A stretch of DNA of 64,000 bases from Salinispira sp. (GCA_965602015.1 OZ271918.1:960001-1024000), one strand, 5' to 3'. Shown: positions 18,750-29,494, numbered from the stretch's first letter. Notes: generated from the sequence alone by a model not told the origin. Made by a program: numbers and translations.

Positions 18750-19673
18750 TTATATAACACTGCGGGGAAGAAATTGATGGAAATCCTCGATGCACTGCAG
18801 ACCGTGTTCGGTCATATAGTCCCGGATTCCCTTTAGAATTTCCTTTCCCGCCGCAGGATTGACGAAGTTAATGGTTCCCAGCTGAATGGCGCTCGCTCCG
18901 GCCAACAGGTATTGAATGGCCTGATCGGCGTCAGATATCCCACCGAGTCCGATTACCGGAATCTTCACCGCTCTACTCACCCGGTAGGTAGCCGCCAGAC
19001 CCACGGGAAACACCGCGGGACCGGACAAGCCGCCGGTTCCCGTGGCCAGCACCGGCCGCTTGCTGCGGGTATCGATTACCATCCCCACAAGGGTATTGAT
19101 GCAGCTCACCGCGTCTGCGCCGCCGGCTTCAGCAGCCCGGGCTATTCCCCCGATATCAGTGACATTCGGGCTGAGTTTTATCACCAGCGCTTTTTTGGTC
19201 GATTTTCTAAGGGTAGAGGTTACTTCCTCCACCATGGCCGGGTCGGTCCCCAGGGCCATGCCGCCGCATTTCACATTGGGGCAGCTGAGATTGACTTCGT
19301 ATCCCGACAGCGGCGCGTGCTCCTCCAGGTACTCCAGGGTTTCCAGGTAGTCTTCGAGCTGGCTGCCCGCCAGATTCACCATAACCGCAGTTTTGTATTT
19401 TTTGAGCATCGGGTATTTTTCGCGTACAAATCGCCGGCTGCCCACATTCGCCAGTCCGATGGAATTCAGCATGCCCGCAGTGGTTTCGACAATCCTTGGA
19501 ATCATGTTGCCCGGACGGGGTTCGAGGGTAACGGCCTTGGTGTACAGGGCTCCCAGGGAATCTACGTCGATGAGCTGCTCGTACTCGCTTCCGTACCCGA
19601 AGGTGCCCGAGGCGACCCCCACCGGGTTCTGCATGGTCAAGGCGCCGAGGCGGATGGACAGGTCTAATGCCAT
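18750..19673 (-). CDS. pyrD: Dihydroorotate dehydrogenase (family 1B), catalytic subunit
   Basis: ASGTFG, NLSCPNV, KLSPN, GGLSGPA. Confidence 0.95.
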   Translation of the reverse strand: MALDLSIRLGALTMQNPVGVASGTFGYGSEYEQLIDVDSLGALYTKAVTLEPRPGNMIPRIVETTAGMLNSIGLANVGSRRFVREKYPMLKKYKTAVMVNLAGSQLEDYLETLEYLEEHAPLSGYEVNLSCPNVKCGGMALGTDPAMVEEVTSTLRKSTKKALVIKLSPNVTDIGGIARAAEAGGADAVSCINTLVGMVIDTRSKRPVLATGTGGLSGPAVFPVGLAATYRVSRAVKIPVIGLGGISDADQAIQYLLAGASAIQLGTINFVNPAAGKEILKGIRDYMTEHGLQCIEDFHQFLPRSVI

Positions 19674-20515
19674 GAGATATACCCTCCGGGGAAGATCGGA
19701 CCTTCCTTGCAGACCCGGGCGTAGCGGCTTTCGTCATTTACGGGTACGACGCAGCCCATGCAGGCCCCCACGGCGCAGCCCATGGTTTGCTCCATGGAAA
19801 CCCACAGGGGAATCGCCCGTGCGCTGGCCCAATCCCATGCGGCCTTCATCATCGCGTGGGGACCGCAGGCGTAGAGCTCGTAGGTATCAGGGGAGTCGCC
19901 GCTGTGCCCAAGATATTCTTCAAGGGCTTCAAGGATGTTACCCGAAAAGCCGTCTGCCAGGCTGCCGTCGTCGGTGGCGCATACAACCTCCCCCGAAGTC
20001 AGGGGAGCGGTATCGGGAATCAGCGAGGCGCTCCGGGCTCCCAGCAAAAGCAGGGGATTCCTTCCGCGGCGGATCAGGTCGTTTTGAAAAAAGAACATGG
20101 GGCCCATGCCGATGCCGCCGGCGAGCAGAACGGGCCTGCGATGTGATCCGGCATCGCTTTTTGGCGAATAGTTGCCGGAGCGCGGCGCAGGGGGGGGGTC
20201 GACGGCCGACGGCAGGGGAAAGCTGTTGCCCAGGGGACTGAGAATATCCAGGGTATCGCCGGAAACCGCAGCGCTTAACATGGCCGTCGCGCTTCCCCGC
20301 TTTTGGTATATGATGCCAGCGGTTCCCGTATCCTCATCCCAGCGTGAGAAGGCGAACGGGCGGCGCAGCAACGGCACATTGCCCGAGCTTACCCGTATGG
20401 TGAGAAACTGGCCGGGAACCGGCGCGGTCGAACCCTCGGGCAAAACGAAGCGAAGCTCGTAGTAACCCTCCGATATCCTGTTATTGCTTTGAACCACTGC
20501 TTCTATGTGTTGCAT
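19664..20515 (-). CDS. pyrK: Dihydroorotate dehydrogenase electron-transfer subunit
   Basis: PGQF, LRRPF, GGIG, ACGP, MGCAVGACMGC...RVCKEGP. Confidence 0.93.
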   Translation of the reverse strand: MQHIEAVVQSNNRISEGYYELRFVLPEGSTAPVPGQFLTIRVSSGNVPLLRRPFAFSRWDEDTGTAGIIYQKRGSATAMLSAAVSGDTLDILSPLGNSFPLPSAVDPPPAPRSGNYSPKSDAGSHRRPVLLAGGIGMGPMFFFQNDLIRRGRNPLLLLGARSASLIPDTAPLTSGEVVCATDDGSLADGFSGNILEALEEYLGHSGDSPDTYELYACGPHAMMKAAWDWASARAIPLWVSMEQTMGCAVGACMGCVVPVNDESRYARVCKEGPIFPGGYISWH

Positions 20516-20523
20516 CGGATGCA

Positions 20524-21240
20524 CTATACCGCGGGCTTCCGGTTCTGGACAAGATCGACCTGTACCATGGAATCCCAGCGGACCGAGAGTGATTGTCCGT
20601 CGCCTGTCTCGGAGAACAGTTCGACGGCGTGTACGCTGCACCGTCGAAACCGCCGCTGTGCCGGCGGTATGGTGCTTTCCAGAAAATCGGGCAGCCGGGA
20701 TAAAATCTGATGCAGTCGGGACTCAAACGCCCCTGCAGACCTATCCTCCACTATTCCGACGGGAAGCAGGGCCTGTTCGGCGGGAAAAACCGAAAGGTCC
20801 CGCAGATTCATCCCGACCTCGCCCAGGCCCGGGGAGAAGCTCCAGGCGCGCAGATCGGGGACAGCGCCCCCTCGGACTGCACAGGGTACGGCAAAAATAG
20901 TATGACCTCTTACCAGGTCCGGAAGGCTCACAAAAATTCCTGTAGGAGCAAGTTCAACCGCGGGAGAGTAAAAACGCCCGGAGCTGCGGTCCCGCCGTAC
21001 AATCCGGGGCGCATCGGTTATATGCCGGCGGGCCCAAAATGGCGGCTGGCGTGCCGGCAGCGGTTCGTATCCGCTCCCTTCAAGAAGCAGCCAAGGAGGT
21101 AGTGCGAGGAAATTCAATTCAGACCTCATTCTACCCGGCATCGTCTTGAATATGGCGTGCCTGAGGGACTCCATGGCCCTCAGTATTTGAGCTTCCGGTT
21201 CGAGCCACAATCCATATGTGATTTGCACCCTGCTATTCAC
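20524..21240 (-). CDS. Hypothetical protein
   Basis: 238-aa ORF filling the gap, co-oriented with pyrK; no motif recognised. Confidence 0.55.
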   Translation of the reverse strand: MNSRVQITYGLWLEPEAQILRAMESLRHAIFKTMPGRMRSELNFLALPPWLLLEGSGYEPLPARQPPFWARRHITDAPRIVRRDRSSGRFYSPAVELAPTGIFVSLPDLVRGHTIFAVPCAVRGGAVPDLRAWSFSPGLGEVGMNLRDLSVFPAEQALLPVGIVEDRSAGAFESRLHQILSRLPDFLESTIPPAQRRFRRCSVHAVELFSETGDGQSLSVRWDSMVQVDLVQNRKPAV

Positions 21241-21290
21241 CCGTGATATACTTCCCCTGCACCAAATTTGTCATTTTGAGGGTATAGAAA

Positions 21291-22052
21291 GTGAAGCGTA
21301 AAATCCAGCAGTCCCTGGACCAAATCGTACAGGTCCTCCGGGAATGGGACTCAATCGATACCCTGACGCATATTCAAATCAGCGATGACATCTACGATCC
21401 CTATTTCTTTATAAGCCTGGACGTCTACTACCGAGGTGAAATTCCCGACAGCAAGAAGCGGAGCGAAATGTTCGATTTCGCCGGAGGAGTGGAAACCTCG
21501 GGATTTAACCGCAAGGACCGCTTTCTCGTCGATGACATTCCGTTTCGCCTGGAATATAAGGACATACAGCGCTTCGAGAGCATTATAGCGGATTCCAAAG
21601 CCAATGCCGTGGCAATTCGCGATTCCGGCACCTATATGTTTCACCGGATTATGATTTCCCAGGTGATCTTCCAAAAGACTTCCTGGATAGACGGCGCTCG
21701 GAACGATCTTCGGGATTTATCCGAAGACTTTTGGCAGGGCGCCCGGGCCAGCGCCCAGGTAAGCATGGAGCATTACCTGGGCGACCTCTCTGCCGCGGTA
21801 ATCCGGGAGGATGATATCTTTTATTACGTCTCCCTGTCGGGTTTTATTAAGTCAGCGCTCAGAACCCTCTTCGCGCTTAACCGGACATTCGAACCCTCCC
21901 CGCGCTTAATAAGCGACAAGGCTATCAATCTCGAAATTCTGCCGGATTCCTTCAACGGACTGCTGGAGAGTCTGCTGAGAAGGGAGGACGGACCCCTTAC
22001 CCGTAAACGGGAAATCGCCGAGTTACTTGCCAAACGGATTATTCAGCTCTAA
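21291..22052 (+). CDS. DUF4037-like (nucleotidyltransferase-fold) protein
   Basis: DPYF..SLDVY and C-terminal LFALNR..EPSPR, resembling a family common in spirochaetes. Confidence 0.6.
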   Translation: MKRKIQQSLDQIVQVLREWDSIDTLTHIQISDDIYDPYFFISLDVYYRGEIPDSKKRSEMFDFAGGVETSGFNRKDRFLVDDIPFRLEYKDIQRFESIIADSKANAVAIRDSGTYMFHRIMISQVIFQKTSWIDGARNDLRDLSEDFWQGARASAQVSMEHYLGDLSAAVIREDDIFYYVSLSGFIKSALRTLFALNRTFEPSPRLISDKAINLEILPDSFNGLLESLLRREDGPLTRKREIAELLAKRIIQL

Positions 22053-22061
22053 ATTACTGGC

Positions 22062-23927
22062 ATGAAAATCCGTATAGCTCTTGCACTCCTTGTCATCGTG
22101 CTTTCCATCAGTCTGTCTTCCTGTCTGGGAGAGCGTATTGAATACCAAAACGCAGGGGCCGGCGAACCGGTCAACCTGCGGCACCGCATCGGTCGAGACG
22201 GCGAGGTGAGCATCAGGTTCCCCGACGGCATGTTGCTTTCTTCTCAGGAATATATCGCTTTCGGCATCGCCCAACCCGGAACGGATATCCTGATTACCAT
22301 TGAGGGCATGGTCCCGGACAGCGACTCGAACCCGTCGGAAGAGCAAACCCGGATTTCCCGCCACCGCTTCTCGGCTCCCATCGGAATAGCCCGGGAACAG
22401 GGCGTTCTGGAAATGCTCGTCTATCATCATCCCGATATGATAATTCAGAGCGCGACCATCGAAGCGGCGCTGGACGGCGAGACCGATGAAAGCCCTGAAC
22501 TGACCCTTCTCTCGGTGAGACGCTACGCCGAGTCGCCGGGACTGCTTCTCGATGACCTTCGTATTGTACTGCCCGAGGATTTTCGATACCGGCAGGAAAT
22601 ACAAAGCGCCTCCGGCGGCGATAATGATGCGGATCAGCCGGGAATCGCCGTGTTTCAGGATGTATTTCTCGATGAACTTTTAGCCGACTTTGACTACCTG
22701 AATTATGTGCCGGTGCTTGAGCTGGGCTATGAATATGCCCAGCCGGAAAGCGGAATGCCCGTGAGTTTTGACGATGCGTATCTCGCCGGCGATCGAAACT
22801 ATCCCGATCCGGCCCCGCCGCTTGCCAGGATCGACATGCTGCCGGGGTCCCTCGATCTCAGTGATTCCCACAGCTTCGAACTGAGGCTGCGGCCCGGAAG
22901 GCAACAGGTGTATATCTATCCGGAAATGCTGGGGGAAGCAAACGGCCTTCTGCGTTTTTCCCACGACAGTTTGTACGGCAGAATGAGATCGCTCCGTCTG
23001 CTCTCAATGCCCCGTCAAAGCGCTGCTTCCTCTGCGGCCCTTTCGTCCGACAATGATTCCTGGCCCCTGCCTGCGCCCCTTCCCATAGACCTCGGGCAGC
23101 TGATGGAGTACTCCCAGGCGCTGTGGCGGCAGCCCCGGCTCGAACTGTTCAGCTGGAATCTGTTTCCCGGCGTGCTTATGTTTGATTTCGCCGATTATCC
23201 TACCCAGGCCCGGTATTTAAAGCGGCTGGCCTTTTACGTGGAGAAGCAGGGATTCAGGGGAACATTGCTGACCAATGCTCAGCTCAGCGGCAGGCACGGA
23301 TGGAATGCCCATAATTACCGTCCCGTCGACCTGGCCCGGTTCTTTAACCAGGCGGCCAGGGAAAATTTCACCTTGAATCCCGAGGAGATCCATCTGCGGG
23401 AAATCCTCGAGGATAACGGGCTGCTCACCCTCTCCTCCGGGGAATACCGGCCGGGACCCGGTGCGATAATCTCGGTAACCAGTCACCCCTTGCAGACCCG
23501 TGCTTCCCGAAGGCTGTTTCTCAACCACGAAGGGCTGCACGGACTCTTTTACAACGATGAAATTCTTCAGGAAATGAGTGAGGATCTCTGGGCGTCCTTT
23601 CCCGATGATATCCGACGATACATGGAGTTTTACTTTGTCTACATGGGCTATGACCCGGTGGACGAGTATCTGATGATAAACGAGTTTCAGGCCTACATGC
23701 TCCAGCAGGACATAATCAATCTGAGGTGGCTGGTGCAGACCCGAATGGCCGAACGCATCGTGCGTCGGTTTCCATCGGAGCGTTCGTTTATTTACGCGAA
23801 CAACGAGGAAAGCGGCTGGAGAATGCTCGAGTCAGGAGAGATCTTACAGTCACACATTTATCAGACCAGGGGCTTGGTGGCAGGTGATCTGTTCTGTCTG
23901 GTTGACAGGCCGTCGCAGCTAAATTGA
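22062..23927 (+). CDS. Hypothetical lipoprotein with an HExxH motif
   Basis: Hydrophobic signal ending SLSSC; NHEGLHG followed by NEFQAY. Confidence 0.65.
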   Translation: MKIRIALALLVIVLSISLSSCLGERIEYQNAGAGEPVNLRHRIGRDGEVSIRFPDGMLLSSQEYIAFGIAQPGTDILITIEGMVPDSDSNPSEEQTRISRHRFSAPIGIAREQGVLEMLVYHHPDMIIQSATIEAALDGETDESPELTLLSVRRYAESPGLLLDDLRIVLPEDFRYRQEIQSASGGDNDADQPGIAVFQDVFLDELLADFDYLNYVPVLELGYEYAQPESGMPVSFDDAYLAGDRNYPDPAPPLARIDMLPGSLDLSDSHSFELRLRPGRQQVYIYPEMLGEANGLLRFSHDSLYGRMRSLRLLSMPRQSAASSAALSSDNDSWPLPAPLPIDLGQLMEYSQALWRQPRLELFSWNLFPGVLMFDFADYPTQARYLKRLAFYVEKQGFRGTLLTNAQLSGRHGWNAHNYRPVDLARFFNQAARENFTLNPEEIHLREILEDNGLLTLSSGEYRPGPGAIISVTSHPLQTRASRRLFLNHEGLHGLFYNDEILQEMSEDLWASFPDDIRRYMEFYFVYMGYDPVDEYLMINEFQAYMLQQDIINLRWLVQTRMAERIVRRFPSERSFIYANNEESGWRMLESGEILQSHIYQTRGLVAGDLFCLVDRPSQLN

Positions 23928-24329
23928 GTACATAATCTGACGGCGGTTCTGGATATCATGAAGCAGGTCTTCCAGAGTTTTATCAAGATGTTCCCTGATG
24001 ACGGTTTCCAGCCCGTTCCAGAAAAAGTTCAGCATGTTGGACTGCTTCTGCTCGGGAAGAACCTCGAGCTTGCCTTCAAGCAGGGTTAATACCTCGAGGA
24101 TCGCGATGGCCGAGGGTTGTCGGGCCAGGGCATACCCTCCCTGGGCGCCTCTGAAACTCTCCACGACCCCTGCCTTTTTTAGGATTACCAGTATCTGCTC
24201 CAGGTAATGCTGGGGAATGTCGTGGGCTGCTGCGATATCCTTTATTTGCTTCGGCCCCTGCTGATAACAAAGACCTAATTCGACCACGGCGGCCAGCCCG
24301 TAGATACCCCGGGCGGTGACGGTAAACAT
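23919..24329 (-). CDS. Rrf2 family regulator (CymR-like; lacks the C-terminal Fe-S cysteines)
   Basis: YLEQIL..LKKAG.V.S.RGAQGGY.L. Confidence 0.9.
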   Translation of the reverse strand: MFTVTARGIYGLAAVVELGLCYQQGPKQIKDIAAAHDIPQHYLEQILVILKKAGVVESFRGAQGGYALARQPSAIAILEVLTLLEGKLEVLPEQKQSNMLNFFWNGLETVIREHLDKTLEDLLHDIQNRRQIMYSI

Positions 24330-24347
24330 GACTTCATAATAGCCCTG

Positions 24348-25700
24348 TTAGAGGATTTTTCCAAGCAGGTCATTTTCCAGATATCCCCGTATCCGCTGCC
24401 GGTCCCGCAGCTCCTGCAGAATCAGCTCTTCCAGGCTTTCGGCCGCCTCTGTTCCGTCGCACACATCGCAGCCTGCGCAGTACTCCGGTTCCTGATCGAT
24501 TGACTCCAGGGCCTGCCGTCTTCGGCATCTGCCCGGTGCAAACATCCCGTCCCCGGTTTGAAGGAGGACGCTGAATGCGGGCTTCCCGTCGCGGCCTGCC
24601 CGTCCACTTTCCTGCAGGAAATCCTCCATGCTCTCAGGGCAATCGGCGTGCAGGCAGCAGCGAACCCCCGGCAGATCCAAGCCGGTTCCGAAAGCCTTGG
24701 TTACGAAGGCCAGGGCCCTGTCACTTTGAGCGTAGCGGGCTTCTATCTCCCGGCGCCGGGATGATGATAATCCGGCGTGGTAGTACCAGATATCCACATC
24801 CCCTCGTCCCCACTGACGGAACCAGATCCTGGCGCGGGCTGCCAGCTCTTCGCATCGGCGCCTGCTCGACAGAAACACCAGCATGGGCAGTTTTACCTCA
24901 GCGGCCAGAGCCTGCAAGACCGGGGAGGCCGGCGGGTGGCGATACTCGGCCGCGCAGCTCAGCAAGTATTGCAGTCCTATGAGCTGATCTGCGGACCCGA
25001 TGCTCCGGTAATGAATGTTTTTCCTGTCGCATAGCAACTCGATGGTCTCGTAGCTGTCTTCCCTCCATAACAGATTTCCCAGAATCGTCCGTTCGTCCCG
25101 GCTGATGGTGGCGGTACAGGCGATGGTCACCGGATCGTCGAGCATTTGCCGGATGTGCAGTATTTTTAACAGCTCAGGGCGGAAGCTGCCGCCCCATTGA
25201 AGCACCAGGTGGGCCTCATCAATCACCAACAATTTCACCTGTTTTTCGAAGAGCAGCGGGAGCAGCGGCGCCCGGGAGGCCGATTCCGCATTGGTGAGAA
25301 TGGCGCCCTTGTGCATGCGTCGGATTTCTTCAAGGGCGTGCTGCTTTTCCGGAATGTCCATAGCGCCGCAATAGGCCACCGCAGCTATGCCCGCCCGGCG
25401 GAATTTTTCCCGCTGGTCGCGAAGCAGGGCATTGAGGGGGTAGAGAATAACCGAGACTCCCTCCACCAGGGATGCCGGTGCGCTAAAGCAGATACTCTTG
25501 CCGCTGCCGGTGGGGAGACAGAGCAGGAGGCCCCGCCGGCTTTCAGAGCGCGCCTGGTCGCCGGCAAGCCCGAGGCAGGAAACAGCGTAGTGGATGGCCA
25601 GTTCCTGATGGGGATACAGATAATCCAGGGAAAATCGGGTGAGGATATCCCGGCGCATGGTTTCCCAGGTCTTTGCTGATTCATGTGTTTTTACAGTCAT
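24348..25700 (-). CDS. RecQ-family ATP-dependent helicase, short form
   Basis: PTGSGKS, DEAH, TAT, YHAG, QESGRAGRDG, CRR...CAGCDVC. Confidence 0.88.
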   Translation of the reverse strand: MTVKTHESAKTWETMRRDILTRFSLDYLYPHQELAIHYAVSCLGLAGDQARSESRRGLLLCLPTGSGKSICFSAPASLVEGVSVILYPLNALLRDQREKFRRAGIAAVAYCGAMDIPEKQHALEEIRRMHKGAILTNAESASRAPLLPLLFEKQVKLLVIDEAHLVLQWGGSFRPELLKILHIRQMLDDPVTIACTATISRDERTILGNLLWREDSYETIELLCDRKNIHYRSIGSADQLIGLQYLLSCAAEYRHPPASPVLQALAAEVKLPMLVFLSSRRRCEELAARARIWFRQWGRGDVDIWYYHAGLSSSRRREIEARYAQSDRALAFVTKAFGTGLDLPGVRCCLHADCPESMEDFLQESGRAGRDGKPAFSVLLQTGDGMFAPGRCRRRQALESIDQEPEYCAGCDVCDGTEAAESLEELILQELRDRQRIRGYLENDLLGKIL

Positions 25701-25755
25701 GCACTGGTACTACAGCCGGGGCTACCGCTGACGCTTCGTATTCGGCGGGAAAAAA

Positions 25756-26874
25756 TCAGGGCGACGGAAGGGAGAAGGCGAAGGTGCTGCCGGTTTTATC
25801 GCTTTCTGCCAGCCAGAGGCGGCCTCCGTTGGCGTGGACGAAATCCCGGCAAAGATGGAGCCCCAGGCCCGAACCCTTTTCATACTCGGTTCCCGGGGTA
25901 GTCGAATAGTTGCCCAGCTCGAAAAGCGACTCGACGTTTTCCACTCCGCGTCCGCTGTCCCGGACGAAAATCTGCCGGTCGCCGTCGGCGCAACGGCTGA
26001 ACACATCGATGCTTCCTCCCCGGGGAGTAAACTTCAGGGCGTTTGATATCAGATTTCGGAAGATAATCTGAACCATGTTGACATCGGCTCTCGCCCGGCA
26101 ATCCGGTTCCACATGCACATTCAGGACGATTTCCTTGTGCTCCGCCATGTGGGCCAGTTCCATTTTTACCCTCCTGGCCACCGATGAAAGGTCCACTTCG
26201 GTGAGGTTTTGCTTGACCCCCTGGAACTGGGTTCTTGCCCACTGGAGCAAATTATCCATCATCATCAGTTCCTGATGCCCGGCATTGTACAGTATGGTTA
26301 TAAACTCTTCCTTTTCTTCTGCGGTGAGGCTGTCGCCGTTGTGTTTGAGCATGTCCAGGGTGCCGATTATTGAGTTAAACGGGCTTCTGAGATCATGGGC
26401 GATGATGGTAAACAAGCGTTCGCGGAAGGCAATTTCCTCGTTGAGCCGCTTTTTGGCCTGCTGAAGCTCCAGGTGGACGCCGACCCGGGCGGTGAACTCT
26501 TCCGGGTGAAAGGGTTTGGAAATAAAATCAACTCCTCCGGACCTGAAGCTCTCCAACATTCCTTCGGTATCGGTCCTGGCCGAAAGGAAAATGATTGGCA
26601 CTTCGGAGCTCGGATAATCGCTTCGAATCTGTCTGCTTACCTGAAAGCCGTCCATTTCAGGCATCATGATATCCAGTACAATGAGATCTGGAAGGTCTTT
26701 TTCGATGATACCCAAGGCTTCCGGGCCGCTCTGGGCAAAACTGATATCGTAACCCTGCTGGGACAATATTCTTCCGGCGAGCTGGATGTTTCGGGGTTCA
26801 TCATCCACCAGGAGAATCCAGGGGTGCTCCCGCTGCTTGGGCCGTTGGGCTTCGATCTTCACAATTTCCGACAT
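25756..26874 (-). CDS. Hybrid response regulator-histidine kinase (REC-HisKA-HATPase)
   Basis: VDD, LDIMMP, HDLRSP, NLISNALKF, GLGL. Confidence 0.92.
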   Translation of the reverse strand: MSEIVKIEAQRPKQREHPWILLVDDEPRNIQLAGRILSQQGYDISFAQSGPEALGIIEKDLPDLIVLDIMMPEMDGFQVSRQIRSDYPSSEVPIIFLSARTDTEGMLESFRSGGVDFISKPFHPEEFTARVGVHLELQQAKKRLNEEIAFRERLFTIIAHDLRSPFNSIIGTLDMLKHNGDSLTAEEKEEFITILYNAGHQELMMMDNLLQWARTQFQGVKQNLTEVDLSSVARRVKMELAHMAEHKEIVLNVHVEPDCRARADVNMVQIIFRNLISNALKFTPRGGSIDVFSRCADGDRQIFVRDSGRGVENVESLFELGNYSTTPGTEYEKGSGLGLHLCRDFVHANGGRLWLAESDKTGSTFAFSLPSP

Positions 26875-26908
26875 ACTATTACAATTATCATAAACGCCTT
26901 GGATGAAA

Positions 26909-29494
26909 TCAAATATCACCGTCCGTTATGCCGCTATTTTGCAGCATGCTCCGGTATTTGTTGAGCAGCCGTCTCATTTCGTCGATGTCAAATCGCTCTG
27001 ACGCTTTGGTGAGTGCGACCGCCAGCCGGTGGCAGTCAGAATCGGGGTAGTCCTGGCTTTCCTCTTTCAAAAGCGATGCGAAGCTGATGATGTCCTGCAA
27101 ACGCATTCTTTCGGTAGCCCGGAGGTACGAAGCGACGCTGTGCTCCAGGGCCCGTTTTATGACTTCAGGGGGCATGTGCTCGGCTTTCCCCCGCGCATGC
27201 TCAATTGCAACGCTCTGAACCGGGGCCTCCTGTCCGTCTTTATTCCCTGTCCCGGGGTAGCCGCCGGGCTCATGGGCCGCAATGGTTGCCCCGTCGTCTG
27301 GCCGGTCAATCCGCCGGGTCAGCAGGGGTGATAGCAGTCCGTAGAGCTGTTCCTTGCTGAAGGGCTTGGTCAGAAAGCCGTCAACCGCCAGCTCTGAGGG
27401 CTTGTTGCCGTGCTCGTCGGGATCATCCCCGGAAAGCACGATGATGCAGGCGGTGGCCAGCAGCTCAGGATAGCGGCGGCCCATCTCCGACAGGCATTGC
27501 CAACCGTCCATCTCGGGCATGTTGATGTCCATAAAAATCATGTCGGGCTGAATTTCAGCCAAGGCATCTACTGCCTGTACGGACGACTCAAATCTGTGCA
27601 CCGTGCAACCCCTGGCTTCGAGCATTCGGGCGAGGAGGAGCTGGTTCGAATAGCTATCGTCCACGCTGAGGGCGGTGTATCCCGTCAGATCATCCATTAG
27701 CGGAATGGAATCACCGGAGTTTGCTTCCTGTGATGAAGCGATCTTTTCAACAGGTATTTGCATGACAATTCTCGTGCCTCCGGTTTCCCTGGACGAGATT
27801 TCAAGGCTCCCCTCAAGCAGATCAATCAGACGGGAGCTTATTGTCAATCCCAGGCCGGAGCCGCCGTATTTCCGGGTTGAATTCTGCTCGCCCTGAGTGA
27901 ACATCGCGCGGTAATCCCCCAGGCGCTCCGGGGCCATACCGATTCCCTCATCGTCAATGCGTACCGTCAGGGTTCCCCCGCCGCTCTGCCGGTTCCTCAG
28001 CGAGAAGTGCAGGTCTATGACGCCCTTGCGGCTGAATTTCACGGCGTTGTCCACCAGCCGGCTGAGTATGCGCATGATCTTTTCTCTGTCGGATACGAGG
28101 TATCGAGGAAGGTCCGGATCACTTTCTAGTCTGATTTTCAAACCCTTCGCTTCCGCGGAGGATGAGTATGTCTGTTCTATCTCTTTCTGCAGGGAAAAGA
28201 TAGAAAACTCCTCTATCTGGAGCGGGACCCTGCCGGCTTCGATTTTAGCCAGGGTGAGAATGTTGTCGAGCATGGCGAATAGCTGCTGACCGCTTCGCTG
28301 TATGGTCCTGGCATATTGGCCGAGGGATTCGCTTCCCGCTTCTCCGGCGATAATTTCCGAGAATCCAAGTATGGCGTTGAGGGGGGTGCGAATCTCATGG
28401 CTCATATTTGCCAGAAACTCGTTTTTGCTCCGGTTGCTCTCCTCAGCCATGTCACGGGCCCGCCGCAACTGCCGTTCCCGCTCCATATTCGTGCTGATGT
28501 CCATATTCACCGCGAAGATTTGGCGGCAGCGCCCGTCATTCGTCCAGCTTCCCCAAATCATTTCGCGAAGCCAGCGCCATTTCCCCGAATCGGGATTTTC
28601 GGCCACCCGGAACCGGTAGTCCGCAGTTTCCGAACGGCGGTGAATAACGTCCTCGAAATGATTCCACACGGCGGGACGGTCCTGGGGATGAATGCGGTTT
28701 ATCAGATCCTGAAGCCTGGGAGGCTTTCCTCCGGCCAGAAGTTTTCGCATTGCCGGAAGATCGGGAGAGTGAGTGAAGGCGCCGGTGAGCAGGTTCCAAT
28801 CGTAATATCCTATGCCGCTTTGGCGGAGCGCTGTGGTCAGACGCTGTAATTGAACCTGCAATTCCTCCAGGGATTCCCGGTATTCGCCGCCGATAAGCAC
28901 AATTATCCGGCCGGGATACGCTTGTGATGACCTGCACAGCAGCTCCCGCTCACTCTCTCCCGGATGAAGACTCACTCCTGCGCTGATGAATTTATCACCG
29001 GGTTTCCTGCGGCCAATGAAGTCTTTGAGGGAATGATACAGCTCCTCGGATCCCTGGGCAGCATAGCGTATTTTTACCTGCTCCATGAGGCTGCCGGGGC
29101 CGGGCAGGTCGGGCTTTTTCCCGTCTTCCGCCTGTATTTCGGATATATCGAGTAGACCCGCGGCGATGTCATTCCAGTACACAAATTCGTCCCTGTTCAG
29201 ATCAAATAGCAGATAGGCCATGTCGGCGGCTCTCAGAATGTCCCGGCGCTCGGCGTCCAGAATTTTTTCCCGCTCAGCCCGAATCCTGCGCCGCTCAAAC
29301 TCCGCGATGATCAAAAATCCATAAGACATAAGTCCTGCGGTCACCAGCAGGCCGATGGCTAAGGTCTGAAACGGAGACTCACGGGTTGAAGAAAAAATGT
29401 AAATGATGGCCAGGGACAAAAAAGCCGGCGGTATGATGTAGAGGAGGGGGAACCGGGAAAACTGTCTGGTAGAGGGCTCCCGTGGATTAATCAT
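26909..29494 (-). CDS. Membrane hybrid sensor histidine kinase (2 TM, PAS, HisKA, HATPase, REC)
   Basis: IHPQD PAS motif, MSHEIRTPLN, GGSGLGL, MDINMP. Confidence 0.92.
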   Translation of the reverse strand: MINPREPSTRQFSRFPLLYIIPPAFLSLAIIYIFSSTRESPFQTLAIGLLVTAGLMSYGFLIIAEFERRRIRAEREKILDAERRDILRAADMAYLLFDLNRDEFVYWNDIAAGLLDISEIQAEDGKKPDLPGPGSLMEQVKIRYAAQGSEELYHSLKDFIGRRKPGDKFISAGVSLHPGESERELLCRSSQAYPGRIIVLIGGEYRESLEELQVQLQRLTTALRQSGIGYYDWNLLTGAFTHSPDLPAMRKLLAGGKPPRLQDLINRIHPQDRPAVWNHFEDVIHRRSETADYRFRVAENPDSGKWRWLREMIWGSWTNDGRCRQIFAVNMDISTNMERERQLRRARDMAEESNRSKNEFLANMSHEIRTPLNAILGFSEIIAGEAGSESLGQYARTIQRSGQQLFAMLDNILTLAKIEAGRVPLQIEEFSIFSLQKEIEQTYSSSAEAKGLKIRLESDPDLPRYLVSDREKIMRILSRLVDNAVKFSRKGVIDLHFSLRNRQSGGGTLTVRIDDEGIGMAPERLGDYRAMFTQGEQNSTRKYGGSGLGLTISSRLIDLLEGSLEISSRETGGTRIVMQIPVEKIASSQEANSGDSIPLMDDLTGYTALSVDDSYSNQLLLARMLEARGCTVHRFESSVQAVDALAEIQPDMIFMDINMPEMDGWQCLSEMGRRYPELLATACIIVLSGDDPDEHGNKPSELAVDGFLTKPFSKEQLYGLLSPLLTRRIDRPDDGATIAAHEPGGYPGTGNKDGQEAPVQSVAIEHARGKAEHMPPEVIKRALEHSVASYLRATERMRLQDIISFASLLKEESQDYPDSDCHRLAVALTKASERFDIDEMRRLLNKYRSMLQNSGITDGDI

